A DNA stretch of 64,000 nucleotides from positions 11,409 to 75,408 of the forward strand of contig JAZNVH010000029.1 of the NCBI GenBank assembly GCA_045592745.1, read 5' to 3'. Source of the stretch: Candidatus Aphodoplasma sp. (GTDB lineage Bacteria; Bacillota; Clostridia; UBA1381; UMGS1253). The position numbers and the translations under genes were made by a program. This document shows, piece after piece, positions 10,039 to 20,048 of this stretch (its first letter is position 1; every line of letters begins with the position of its first letter). The notes beneath the pieces were generated by a model. The model ran no database searches and was not told the DNA's origin. It worked only from the letters and a program-made list of their open reading frames with translations.

Positions 10039-10120
10039 TTCTTAATTTGCCTCCCCCTACATATAAAAATATTAAGACGCTTTTTGATAAGCGGTGGAAT
10101 GTTTTTAAGGGGGAGTTGTT

Positions 10121-10384
10121 TTGAACAGCTACATTGAAGCGCGTGTTATTGACTTTGCAAACTATATTACAGAAAACGAGGCTACCGTACGTTCTACGGC
10201 AAAGCATTTTAATATCTCAAAAAGCACAGTTCACAAGGACGTTACCCAAAGACTAAAACACATAAACCTCTCTTTGTACGCAGAGGTAAAAAAAATTCTT
10301 GACAAAAACAAAGCCCAGCGCCACATAAGAGGCGGAATGGCAACAAAAATAAAATATCAAAAAAAATCAGCCGCAGAGAAATAA
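10121..10384 (+). CDS. spoIIID: Sporulation transcriptional regulator SpoIIID
   Basis: 87 aa. The segment VRSTAKHFNISKSTVHKDVTQRL...RHIRGGMATKIKYQKK closely parallels B. subtilis SpoIIID. TTG start after AAGGGGGAG. Confidence 0.9.
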   Translation: MNSYIEARVIDFANYITENEATVRSTAKHFNISKSTVHKDVTQRLKHINLSLYAEVKKILDKNKAQRHIRGGMATKIKYQKKSAAEK

Positions 10385-10402
10385 GCTCTGCGGCATTTTT
10401 TT
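10370..10402. terminator. Bidirectional terminator between spoIIID and pflA
   Basis: GCCGCAGAG-AAATAAG-CTCTGCGGC flanked by A-runs and T-runs on both sides. The genes are convergent. Confidence 0.75.
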
Positions 10403-10416
10403 ATAATCAACTGTAT

Positions 10417-11142
10417 TTAGCTTGTATAAGCACCAAGCAAGGCATTTAGTTTTTCAATGGTTTGGGGTTTTGTTGCCAAAATATCTGCAAACGGAAAAAC
10501 AATTCCCATAGCATCATATTTTGTCTGGCATATCTTTTTAAACGGCAAAAGCTCTATCTTGTCAACACAAGCGTTTTTCTCTGCAATTTGTTTTAGCTTA
10601 AATATGTTTTCTTCTGTATCATTTATTCCCGTTATAATAACCTGCCTGAGAGTTGTAGGAATATTTTGTTCATTTAAGTATTCAAGAAATGCAAGCGGTG
10701 CTGAAATTGAACACCCGACATTGTCAAGATATTGTGCATCGTTTGTATACTTAATATCCAAAAGCACCCTGTCAGTATTTTTAAGCAAATGTTTTATCTC
10801 ATCATTCAACAAACACCCCGAGGTATCAAGGCAGGTGTGAACTCCCTCTTTATGAAGGCGGCAAAACAAATCGCTAACAAAATCAGCCTGCAAAAGCGGC
10901 TCGCCGCCCGAAACAGTGACTCCGCCTTCTTTTGCAAAATATTCGCGGTAACGCAGTGCCTTTTTGCACAATTTTTCAGAAGAATATTCCGTCCCGCCAT
11001 GAAACTCCCACGTATCAGGATTGTGGCAACATTTGCAGCGAAGGTTACACCCCTGCATAAACACAACAAAGCGAACACCCGGACCATCCAATGTGCCCAT
11101 ACTTTGAATAGAGTGAAGCCTGCCAACTAATTCTTTGCTCAT
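10417..11142 (-). CDS. pflA: Pyruvate formate-lyase activating enzyme (radical SAM)
   Basis: Radical SAM cluster motif [10 protein letters not shown] and the [11 protein letters not shown] motif. Overlaps pflB by 4 nt. Confidence 0.92.
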   Translation of the reverse strand: MSKELVGRLHSIQSMGTLDGPGVRFVVFMQGCNLRCKCCHNPDTWEFHGGTEYSSEKLCKKALRYREYFAKEGGVTVSGGEPLLQADFVSDLFCRLHKEGVHTCLDTSGCLLNDEIKHLLKNTDRVLLDIKYTNDAQYLDNVGCSISAPLAFLEYLNEQNIPTTLRQVIITGINDTEENIFKLKQIAEKNACVDKIELLPFKKICQTKYDAMGIVFPFADILATKPQTIEKLNALLGAYTS

Positions 11143-13370
11143 ACGCTTTCGTGGAATGTACGGCTGATAACTTCACGTTGCTGTTCGCGTGAGAGCTTGT
11201 GGAAATTAACAGCGTAGCCCGATACTCTTATAGTTAAATTTGGATATGCTTCGGGATTTTCGTAAGCCTTTATAAGTGTTTCTCTGTTTAATACATTGAC
11301 GTTGATATGGTGGGCTTTTTTTGCAAAATAACCATCAAGTATTGTAACTAGATTGCCGATTCTTTCATCCTTTGTTCTGCCAAGAGCCTCAGGTGTAATA
11401 GAAAATGTATTGGAAACACCATCGCGGCAATCGTCATAACTGATTTTCGCAACAGAATTAAGTGATGCAAGCGCACCGTTTTCCTCACGGTTATGCATTG
11501 GATTTGCACCCGGTGCAAATGGTTCACCGTTTCCTCTTCCATCAGGGGTTGCACCTGTATTTTTTCCATACATAACATTAGATGTAATTGTCAGAACAGA
11601 CAAAGTATGCACGGCATTTCTGTATGTCTTTGTCTTACGAAGCTCTGTAATAAATTTGTGCGCCATATCTTTGGCAATCATATCAACGCGGTCATCATCA
11701 TTTCCGTATTTCGGAAAATCACCTTCAGTTTCAAACTCGCTTATAAAGCCTTCATCGTTTTTAACAGGCTTTACTTTTGCATAACGAATTGCACTAAGAG
11801 AATCTGCCACAACAGAAAGACCTGCAATACCAAAAGCCATAAAACGCTCAACCTCTGTATCATGGAGAGCCATCTGTGTCTTTTCATAAGCATATTTATC
11901 ATGCATATAATGAATTATATTCATCGTATTTACATAAAGACGGCTAAGCCACGAAATATAAATATCAAATCGCTCCATTACCGCATCATAGTCAAGCGTT
12001 TCTGCATCAAGCACCGGCATCTGTGGACCGATATGCATCTTGCTTGCAGTGTCATAACCACCATTTATTGCAATCAAAAGAAGCTTTGCAAGATTGCAAC
12101 GCGCTCCAAAGAACTGCATCTGCTTGCCAACCTTCATAGCGGAAACGCAGCACGCAATCGCATAATCGTCGCCATAAATCGGGCGCATTAAATCATCATT
12201 TTCATACTGAATTGAATCTGTATCAGCCGAAACCTTGGCGCAGAATTTTTTAAAGTTTTCCGGAAGAGCCGTTGACCACAAAATAGTCAAGTTAGGCTCT
12301 GGTGAAGAACCTAATGTATAAAGGGTATTGAGCACACGATAGCTGTTTTTTGTGACCAAAGTTCTGCCATCTTCACCCATACCGCCTACCGCCTCGGTAA
12401 TCCACATCGGGTCGCCTCCGAAAAGCTCGTTATACTCAGGTGTACGAAGATGCCTTGCTATGCGAAGCTTCATAACAAAATCGTCCATAAGTTCCTGAGC
12501 GCCCTCTTCTGTCAAAACGCCTTTTTCAATATCGCGCTCAATATAAATATCAAAAAATGTACTTACACGTCCAAGTGACATAGCAGCACCATTTTGCTCC
12601 TTAATAGCTCCAAGATAAGCAAAATATGTCCACTGTATAGCTTCGCGCGCGCAGGATGCAGGCTGCGAAATATCAAATCCATACATCGCCGCCATCTGCT
12701 TCATATATCCAAGAAATTCTATTTGCTTATATAATTCTTCGTCAAGTCTGATATTTGCAGAATCAAAACAACTGTTCTCAAGTGCACTCTTATCTTTTTT
12801 CTTTTCTTCAATTAGTCTGTCAACACCATAAAGAGCGACACGACGATAGTCGCCTATAATTCTTCCTCTACCGTATGCATCAGGAAGACCCGTGATAACA
12901 TGGCACTTTCTCGCCTGTCTCATTTCGTCTGTATACGCGCGAAAAACACCGTCATTATGCGTTGTTCTGTAGCGGAATTCTTCTTCAATTTTATCGCTCA
13001 GCTTGTAGCCGTATGCCTCACAAGCCTGTCTTGCCATACGCATACCGCCAAATGGGTTTACACCGCGTTTTAACGGACGGTTTGTCTGCATACCAACAAT
13101 AATTTCATTTTCTTTATCAATATAACCCGGCGAATAACTTGTAAGCGAAGATACCGTTGCCGTATCAATATCTAAGACGCCGCCGTATTGACGTTCAAGC
13201 GCAAAAAGAGACTCAAGCTTTTTCATAACCCCTTGCGTTCTCTGTGTTGCACCTGCCAAGAAGGATTCGTCGCCCTTATATTCTTTATAGTTTTTCTGAA
13301 TAAAATCACGAACATTGATTTCTTCTTGCCAAACGCCCTCGACAAAACCATTCCAGTTTTCGTGTTTCAT
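11139..13370 (-). CDS. pflB: Formate C-acetyltransferase (pyruvate formate-lyase)
   Basis: 743 aa. Glycyl-radical motif RVSGYAV near the C-terminus and active-site CC (AIACCVSAM). Confidence 0.95.
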   Translation of the reverse strand: MKHENWNGFVEGVWQEEINVRDFIQKNYKEYKGDESFLAGATQRTQGVMKKLESLFALERQYGGVLDIDTATVSSLTSYSPGYIDKENEIIVGMQTNRPLKRGVNPFGGMRMARQACEAYGYKLSDKIEEEFRYRTTHNDGVFRAYTDEMRQARKCHVITGLPDAYGRGRIIGDYRRVALYGVDRLIEEKKKDKSALENSCFDSANIRLDEELYKQIEFLGYMKQMAAMYGFDISQPASCAREAIQWTYFAYLGAIKEQNGAAMSLGRVSTFFDIYIERDIEKGVLTEEGAQELMDDFVMKLRIARHLRTPEYNELFGGDPMWITEAVGGMGEDGRTLVTKNSYRVLNTLYTLGSSPEPNLTILWSTALPENFKKFCAKVSADTDSIQYENDDLMRPIYGDDYAIACCVSAMKVGKQMQFFGARCNLAKLLLIAINGGYDTASKMHIGPQMPVLDAETLDYDAVMERFDIYISWLSRLYVNTMNIIHYMHDKYAYEKTQMALHDTEVERFMAFGIAGLSVVADSLSAIRYAKVKPVKNDEGFISEFETEGDFPKYGNDDDRVDMIAKDMAHKFITELRKTKTYRNAVHTLSVLTITSNVMYGKNTGATPDGRGNGEPFAPGANPMHNREENGALASLNSVAKISYDDCRDGVSNTFSITPEALGRTKDERIGNLVTILDGYFAKKAHHINVNVLNRETLIKAYENPEAYPNLTIRVSGYAVNFHKLSREQQREVISRTFHESV

Positions 13371-13526
13371 ATTTCATTCCCCCATCCACCATTCTATCAA
13401 AAAAGGCAATCTAGCTCACTAAAAGCGAATTACTCACGCATTCTTCTTAATCTCTTAGATTTTTTCGCGACACAGCGCAAAATCCGTTAGTAGTGTGAAT
13501 ATAATTATATACTATATATGGTAGTT

Positions 13527-13555
13527 TTGTCAAGACTAATCATGATTGATATAAT
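13527..13555 (+). promoter_or_regulatory. Candidate sigma-A promoter for the acyltransferase-like gene
   Basis: TTGTCA-N17-TATAAT, about 120 nt upstream of the ATG at 13678. Confidence 0.4.
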
Positions 13556-13677
13556 AACATAACTTTACCTTTATGAGACAATAAAAACTATGCAAAATAA
13601 CAAGAATTATTATAGGTGTTGTTTTTTGTCGAAATTTATGTTAAACTGTATATAAATCAAAAAAGTGTGGTGGTCTA

Positions 13678-14532
13678 ATGTTAGCAAAAGAAGGTATAAG
13701 AATAAAACATAAGGTTCCGATGGATGCAATTTCTCCATTTATAATGGCGAACAGACTTGGTGCTGCAAACTCTTTTTCTGCATCTGTCGATATATCACAA
13801 TGTGAACAGCTGATAAGAGAAAAAAGAGCCGAAGGAATGAGCAATCTGGGAATGATGCATCTGTTTATGGCAGCATATGTAAGAGTGGTTTCACAGCTTC
13901 CGGGTGTAAACAGATATATCCGCGGACAGCGTATATATGCACGAAACGGCATCCAGATGTGTATGACAATAAAAAAGGAGCTTAAACTTAATGCTCCCGA
14001 ATCAGTCATTAAAATTTTTGCTGCGCCCGAGGACACTCTGACTGATATATATAATTCTCTTGTGGCAGAAATTGCTACCAACAAGCAGGAGGGTGACCAA
14101 AACTCTATGGACGGCTTTGCAAGAATTCTTGTAAAACTGCCAAGAGTATTTTTAAAATCAGCTGTTGGTTTTTTAAGATTTTTAGACTACTTTGGCCTGC
14201 TTCCACGCTCAATCACAAACCTGAGTCCATTTCACGGTTCTATGTTTATAACAAACCTTGGTTCACTCGGTATACCGCCTGTTGTTCATCATCTTTACAG
14301 CTTTGGTAACCTGCCCGTATTTATTGCAATGGGCGCAAAAAGAACAGAATATGCACTAAACAGTAAGGGCGAAGTTGAAAAGAGAAGGTTGATTGATTTC
14401 ACACTCACATGCGATGACAGAATTTGTGACGGACATTATTATGCAGCCGCATTTAAGCTTTTCAAAAAAATACTTGCAAATCCCCAGCAACTTTTCGAAA
14501 AGCCCGAAACTGTGGTTAAAGATATTTATTAA
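13678..14532 (+). CDS. Stand-alone 2-oxoacid dehydrogenase E2 / CAT-like acyltransferase catalytic-domain protein, with no lipoyl or subunit-binding domain
   Basis: 284 aa. The C-terminal motif TCDDRICDGHY aligns with the E2 catalytic DHRxxDG motif. The overall pattern matches the catalytic domain only. Confidence 0.6.
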   Translation: MLAKEGIRIKHKVPMDAISPFIMANRLGAANSFSASVDISQCEQLIREKRAEGMSNLGMMHLFMAAYVRVVSQLPGVNRYIRGQRIYARNGIQMCMTIKKELKLNAPESVIKIFAAPEDTLTDIYNSLVAEIATNKQEGDQNSMDGFARILVKLPRVFLKSAVGFLRFLDYFGLLPRSITNLSPFHGSMFITNLGSLGIPPVVHHLYSFGNLPVFIAMGAKRTEYALNSKGEVEKRRLIDFTLTCDDRICDGHYYAAAFKLFKKILANPQQLFEKPETVVKDIY

Positions 14533-14601
14533 TTTATATACATAAAAATAATGAAAGAGGCAGAAACAATTGTTTCTGCCTTTGTTAATATTCGTACCCC
14601 A

Positions 14602-15186
14602 TCAAATCAAGCTATACACCACAATACCTGCAAGTCCCGATGCAAGTATTACATATATCGGATTGAGTTTCTTTTTAAATATCCTAAACAGCGCAAGCGA
14701 AACCACAAAAAGCGCTACTGCCACATAGTCAAGTGATTTTATAGAAATCACAGAATCCGTAAAAAGCGCCATTATAAGTATGCCCACACCTGCCGAGGCG
14801 ATAAGCGATACAACCGCAGGACGTATGCCGTATAAAATCCCGTCAATAACTGAAAGAGAACGGTATTTGTAGTACATATACGCAACAAAAAGTACAATTA
14901 CAAAAGAGGGAAATATACACCCTGCCGTCGCCACGGCTGCGCCGAGTATTCCCTGCACAGTGCCCATAGCTCCTGCAACGCGTATGCCAACAAACGATGC
15001 AGCATTTAGCGCAATCGGGCCGGGCGTCATCTGTGAAATGGTAATGACATCCGAGAACTGCTCCATGGTTATCCAACCCATTTTATCAACTATGACCTGC
15101 TGCATCAAAGGGAGCACCGCATAGCCTCCTCCAATGCTGAAAAGCCCTATTTTGCAAAAGTTATAGAAAAGCTGAAGATAAATCAT
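14602..15186 (-). CDS. chrA: Chromate transporter family protein (half-size, second of a pair)
   Basis: IGGGYAVLPLMQQ motif, about 6 TM segments. ATGA start/stop overlap with the upstream half-size chrA. Confidence 0.85.
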   Translation of the reverse strand: MIYLQLFYNFCKIGLFSIGGGYAVLPLMQQVIVDKMGWITMEQFSDVITISQMTPGPIALNAASFVGIRVAGAMGTVQGILGAAVATAGCIFPSFVIVLFVAYMYYKYRSLSVIDGILYGIRPAVVSLIASAGVGILIMALFTDSVISIKSLDYVAVALFVVSLALFRIFKKKLNPIYVILASGLAGIVVYSLI

Positions 15187-15740
15187 TCTTTTTTCTTCCC
15201 CCTTCCAAATGCAAGTCCCATCGCAGCACATATAACAAGTATAAGCATCACGCTTATGTCAAAGAAATACGCAGCTATAAATGCAGCTATCATAATTACA
15301 ATTTGTATAGATTTTTTGTTTTTCACAATATTTTTTGCCATACTGTATACAACGTCTGCAATAACAGCTGCAACGCCTGCCTGCATACCGCGAAGTGCAT
15401 ACCCTACATACACATTTGAGCGAAATGCATCATAAAAAAACGATATAACAGAAAGGATAATAAGCGGCGGAAGTGCTGTTCCAAACACGCACAAAAACGC
15501 ACCAAATACGCCTGCAACTCTGTAACCTACAAGTACAGATGCATTTACCGCTATTGCACCGGGGCATGACTGCGAAATCGCAACCAAATCAAGCATTTCC
15601 TCTTCTTCAATCCAGCCGTATTTATCCACAAATTTTTTACGCATTAAAGGAACGATTACATATCCTCCGCCAAACGTAAACGCGCTAAGCACAAATGTCG
15701 ATATAAAAAGTTTAAAATAAATCTCTAACTTCTTTTTCAC
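15183..15740 (-). CDS. chrA: Chromate transporter family protein (half-size, first of a pair)
   Basis: FGGGYVIVPLMRKKFV motif, hydrophobic. Paired arrangement like B. subtilis ywrA/ywrB. Confidence 0.85.
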   Translation of the reverse strand: MKKKLEIYFKLFISTFVLSAFTFGGGYVIVPLMRKKFVDKYGWIEEEEMLDLVAISQSCPGAIAVNASVLVGYRVAGVFGAFLCVFGTALPPLIILSVISFFYDAFRSNVYVGYALRGMQAGVAAVIADVVYSMAKNIVKNKKSIQIVIMIAAFIAAYFFDISVMLILVICAAMGLAFGRGKKKE

Positions 15741-16819
15741 TGCGCACCTCCGTCTGTTTCATCATCAGATGCTTTTATAATCGAAAAGCCCTGCATTACT
15801 TCTTTTCTTGCGCGATTTGAATACTGAGCATAAAACTTGTGTGTTACTTCGATGTTTTTATGTCCCATAAGCTCAGCAACCATTTTTATATCAACGCCGT
15901 CCTCAAGCATACGACACGCAAATGTTCTTCGAAGTGCGTGAGGTCTTGTCTTATCGCTGCTTGTGATGCCAACTGTAAGGCAATAACGCTTCAGGTTTTT
16001 CTCAACTGCACCAATAGTCATACGGCTGCCGTTTCTGCTTATAAAAAGCGCATTTTTATCTGTGGCATCTATCTTCATTCGCTCATCAAGATATGCCAAA
16101 AGCTCTTGTTCTACCTGTGGCGGCATAAAAATTTCCTGTTGTTCTCCGCCTTTTCTTGTTACTATAAAAGAGGATGTTTCAAAGCTTAAATCCTCAATAT
16201 TTAAATTCACAAGCTCACTTACACGCACACCTGTGCCAAGGTACGTTGTAAAAATAGCAATATCACGCATTTTGCGCTTTGTGTACTCAGTCAAATCACG
16301 CCCCGTATAATACTTTTCGCCGTTAAATATTACGTCAAGAATTTTGACAGTTTCCTGTGTCGTAAGCGGCTTTTTCATACGGTGCTTGATGTTTGTAAAC
16401 GTAATTTTATCTGTAATATTCTGCGATATTTTATCCGTTTTATACAAATATGAATACAGCCCGCGTATTGCGGACAGTTTTCTGTTTATTCCATAGTTTG
16501 AATTTGTAACAGTGCGTACCCTCTCACGTCCCTCAGCATCCACCGTACGAAGCTCATACTCTCTAAGATATGCCTTAAAATTGAGCAAATCATCAGCCGT
16601 CACACTATCAAGTATTTCGGGCGTAAAATCCTCATTTTTTTCAATTTTGGTGAAGCGGTATATACGCAAAAAGTCAAAAAATATCTTGATGTCTATACTG
16701 TATGCAAGCTGCGTATTAACACTTTCTCCGTCATAGTAGCTTTGAATGTACGAAAATACAAAATCGGGCATCTGTGAAAGACGCCCTTTTAAATATGATT
16801 GTTTTGACATAGCATACAC
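15737..16819 (-). CDS. Tyrosine site-specific recombinase (XerC/D-integrase family)
   Basis: Catalytic signature GVRVSE (Arg), HALRRTFA (His-x-x-Arg), GHKNIEVT (His) and KFY (Tyr). N-terminal SAM-like core-binding domain. Confidence 0.85.
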   Translation of the reverse strand: MYAMSKQSYLKGRLSQMPDFVFSYIQSYYDGESVNTQLAYSIDIKIFFDFLRIYRFTKIEKNEDFTPEILDSVTADDLLNFKAYLREYELRTVDAEGRERVRTVTNSNYGINRKLSAIRGLYSYLYKTDKISQNITDKITFTNIKHRMKKPLTTQETVKILDVIFNGEKYYTGRDLTEYTKRKMRDIAIFTTYLGTGVRVSELVNLNIEDLSFETSSFIVTRKGGEQQEIFMPPQVEQELLAYLDERMKIDATDKNALFISRNGSRMTIGAVEKNLKRYCLTVGITSSDKTRPHALRRTFACRMLEDGVDIKMVAELMGHKNIEVTHKFYAQYSNRARKEVMQGFSIIKASDDETDGGAQ

Positions 16820-16841
16820 TTCCTATCCATGCTTTTTTGTA

Positions 16842-17846
16842 TTAATCTTCTATCATATCACAAATCGAATCAAGAATATATGTCGCACCCTGAGCTTCAA
16901 AATAACCTTTTGCACTTTTGCCCAAAATGCCTGTCAGAACAGCAAGAAAGTCCATTCCGCCTGCCTGTGCCGCCAAAATGTCCGCTCCCGCATCGCCTAC
17001 TACAAGAACTTTTGATAGATAGTCCTTGTCATACTCACCATTTACAATCTTTTCTGTCGGATAATCTTTTTTAAGTGCACCTTTTAAAAACATAAAAGGA
17101 TGCGGTTTTGTAAGCGAAGTTTGAGCACTATTTGACTGCAACTGCTGCTCAGCACTTACAACATCATCATAAGTAACAAGACGCTCATTATCAAAAAACT
17201 TCGATATTTCCCATCTTTCAAACGGATTTTTAATTTCACAAAGCGGACGTCCCGTTCCTGTGCCAAGTGATTTTCCACTCTCTTTCAGCGTAGATAACAC
17301 TTCTTTTGTTTTCTCTACACTGAATATCGGTACTTCGTCACCCGTAAGGTCAGGTGCATCTGCCTCGCCAAGATATATTTTCTGAAATACAGCACAAACC
17401 TCATCCCAAAAAGGACCCAGACGTTCAAAATAATCTTTTGTTTTTCCAAATTTGTTACAAAGCTTTTGTGCAAGAGCGTCATAATGTAAAAATATATCAC
17501 TCTCATATGCGCATACGCTCTTATGCACAGCTTCAAAATCGTAATTTTCACAAAGAAGCGCCTCTGCCAAGACAACATACGCCAAATCCCAATTGCTGTT
17601 TACGCCTTTATCTTTAAGCGTGCCGATGGTTTTATCATTACAAAATACCTCGCTGCGTATTTGTGCGCGCCTGTTATACATATCTATGCCATACGCTTCG
17701 CCTTTTCCAAAATACTCGCGTGATGTAAGCATTTCATATACAACAAGCGCTGCGCACGTCCAATATGCCTGCTCGCTTGTAATAACTCCGTCCATATCAA
17801 AAAGTATCGTGTCGTATTTATTTAAAAAGTCCTTTATTTTTGCCAT
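16842..17846 (-). CDS. HAD-superfamily hydrolase with a large cap domain
   Basis: Motif I LFDMDGVIT, motif IV VVGDAGADI. 334 aa. Confidence 0.7.
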   Translation of the reverse strand: MAKIKDFLNKYDTILFDMDGVITSEQAYWTCAALVVYEMLTSREYFGKGEAYGIDMYNRRAQIRSEVFCNDKTIGTLKDKGVNSNWDLAYVVLAEALLCENYDFEAVHKSVCAYESDIFLHYDALAQKLCNKFGKTKDYFERLGPFWDEVCAVFQKIYLGEADAPDLTGDEVPIFSVEKTKEVLSTLKESGKSLGTGTGRPLCEIKNPFERWEISKFFDNERLVTYDDVVSAEQQLQSNSAQTSLTKPHPFMFLKGALKKDYPTEKIVNGEYDKDYLSKVLVVGDAGADILAAQAGGMDFLAVLTGILGKSAKGYFEAQGATYILDSICDMIED

Positions 17847-17865
17847 TGTGCACGCTCCGTAAAAC

Positions 17866-18486
17866 TTACTCTATCACAAAATCAATCTTTCCCGCAACGC
17901 CGCTTGTTCTGCCGCTTTTTTCGGGGTTAAGCTTTAACGCCTCTCCAAGTGCTATACCAAATGCGCGGTACACTGCCTCCCATATGTGATGCGAGTTTAC
18001 ACCTTTATCAATATCAACATGAAGTGTTGCACGCGCACCCTGTGCAAAGCCATCCAAAAACACATTAAGATCCTCTGCGTGCATATCCTCTGCCTCCGCA
18101 GGAATTTCCACTTTGCTTGTAAAATCAAAATACGAGCGTGATTCAAAGCTTATAACGCACTGTGCTTTCGCCTCGTCTATAATGCCAACGCCACATCCAT
18201 AAGAGTTCACACCATCATCAACATGGCGTGAAACGTACTCAGCCACAGCACGTCCAAACGCTATGCCCAAGTCTTCACAAACAAGGTGAGCAAGGCAAAA
18301 CTTATCAAGCTTTACCTCTGTTTCAATATTAAAGCCACTGCGCCACGCAATATGCTCTATCATATGATTTAAAAATATGATAGGTGTATTAATTTTTGCT
18401 CTGTAATCACTCGCAAGCGGCGGTGGTGTAAGCTTTAAAATCATTTCTGATTCTGTTGTTTTTCTTGTAACGCTGATTGTATTCAT
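17866..18486 (-). CDS. hisB: Imidazoleglycerol-phosphate dehydratase
   Basis: FLNHMIEHIAWRSGF and the HHIWEAVYRAFG motif. Monofunctional size (206 aa). Confidence 0.92.
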   Translation of the reverse strand: MNTISVTRKTTESEMILKLTPPPLASDYRAKINTPIIFLNHMIEHIAWRSGFNIETEVKLDKFCLAHLVCEDLGIAFGRAVAEYVSRHVDDGVNSYGCGVGIIDEAKAQCVISFESRSYFDFTSKVEIPAEAEDMHAEDLNVFLDGFAQGARATLHVDIDKGVNSHHIWEAVYRAFGIALGEALKLNPEKSGRTSGVAGKIDFVIE

Positions 18487-18510
18487 ATCAATCTCTCCCG
18501 CTTTTCTTTT

Positions 18511-19809
18511 TTAATCTACTTTTCTTTCGCGTACAGCAAGAGCGTGGGTATCAAAGCCCTCGACCGTCGCAAGAGTGTCTGCATAGCCACGCACTCTCTT
18601 AAAGCCTTCTTTTGTAACATAACCGATTGATGAACGCTTTAAAAAGTCAAATACCGATACACTGCTGTATGTCTTTGCAAAGCCGCCTGTGGGCAAAATC
18701 GCATTTGGTCCCAAAACAAAGTTGCACAGTGTAATCGGTGCATATTCTCCCAAAAGTATCTCACCTGCATTTTTAATTTTTGGAAGTATGTCAAACGGAT
18801 TTTCGCACATAACCTCCATATGCTCGGGTGCATAATCATTTACAAAATCAATTGACTCTTCAAGTGAATCTGTAATAATAATTCCGCCATATGTCGAATA
18901 GTTTGTCTTTATAAACTCGCGGCGTTTTTCGCTTATCTTTTCAAGCTGCGCCTCCATAATCGGAACAACCTTGTCCGCAAGTTCTTTACTGTGTGTAACA
19001 AGAAGTGCTGCTGAATCAGGGCCATGCTCTGCCTCAATCATCCAGTCAAGTGCAACCTTATGCGGATCTGCCTTTTCATCGGCAAGTATGATTGACTCAC
19101 TCGGGCCTGCAGGAAGGCCTGCATCTATGTAGTTTGCCAAAACTCTCTTTGCCGCAGTTGCATAGCTGTTTCCGGGGCCGATTATTTTATGACACTTTGG
19201 AATAGTCTGTGTTCCGTACGCTACCGACGCAACAGCCTGAATTCCGCCCACCTTGTAAATTTCTTTAATTCCTATAATTTTTGCCGCAGCCAAAATCGCG
19301 TCATCAACTCCGCCCTTTTCATTCGGAGGTGTAACAACTACAACTCTTGGTACACCTGCTACTATTGCGGGCACGCCAAGCATCAAAAGCACTGACGGAA
19401 AGCTACCCTTGCCACGCGGAACATAAAGACATACATCAACAATAGGCGTTGTTTTTTCGCCTACCATAAGACCTTCGTCAACATTTGTAAACCAAATTTC
19501 TTCAGGAAGCTGTTTTTCGTGAAAATCATGAATGTTTTTTGCAGCATATTCAATCGCCTCACGAGTCTTTGCATCGCACGCGTTATATCCGCGTTCAATT
19601 TCTTCTTCACTTACTTTCATATTTTCCGCGCTAAGCTGCACACGGTCAAACTTTGCAGTATACTCAAGTACCGCCTCATCACCACGCACGCGTATATCGT
19701 CAGACACTTCTTTTGCAATTTTCATCTGCTCTGAAATGTCAAGCTCTGCACGTTTCATTATAAATTGTCTTTTTTCCTCGCTCATTTCAGAAAGTTTATA
19801 AATATTCAT
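18511..19809 (-). CDS. hisD: Histidinol dehydrogenase
   Basis: GPGNSYATAAKR and EAEHGPDSAALLVT motifs. The start was chosen at MNIYKL (RBS AGGATGG) rather than the upstream in-frame ATG at 19863. Confidence 0.92.
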   Translation of the reverse strand: MNIYKLSEMSEEKRQFIMKRAELDISEQMKIAKEVSDDIRVRGDEAVLEYTAKFDRVQLSAENMKVSEEEIERGYNACDAKTREAIEYAAKNIHDFHEKQLPEEIWFTNVDEGLMVGEKTTPIVDVCLYVPRGKGSFPSVLLMLGVPAIVAGVPRVVVVTPPNEKGGVDDAILAAAKIIGIKEIYKVGGIQAVASVAYGTQTIPKCHKIIGPGNSYATAAKRVLANYIDAGLPAGPSESIILADEKADPHKVALDWMIEAEHGPDSAALLVTHSKELADKVVPIMEAQLEKISEKRREFIKTNYSTYGGIIITDSLEESIDFVNDYAPEHMEVMCENPFDILPKIKNAGEILLGEYAPITLCNFVLGPNAILPTGGFAKTYSSVSVFDFLKRSSIGYVTKEGFKRVRGYADTLATVEGFDTHALAVRERKVD

Positions 19810-20048
19810 ATCTACCCATCCTTTTTTGTATGTATTTTCAATTTTGTCTGCTTTTTTATACAATAAAAATGTATTTTTTTGTAATAATCTTTAGTATAAC
19901 ATTTTTTTCATCTGTTCGCAATACAAAAATAGTATTTTTTAATAAATTTTTTTGCCAAATTCATGCACAAAATGATTGAAAATCCTTGTAATGATAAATA
20001 ATATGTAGTATAATAAAGGATATATGTAAAATAAAGGAGTAGATTAGC

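Noticed and set aside
13371-13640. Expected a ZTP (pfl-motif) riboswitch or other leader upstream of pflB
   Set aside because: No GGGTCGTGACTGGCG...CCGCCTGGGCA-like sequence is present. There is only a weak bulged hairpin (GATTTTGCG...CGCGAAAAAATC), so nothing is supportable.
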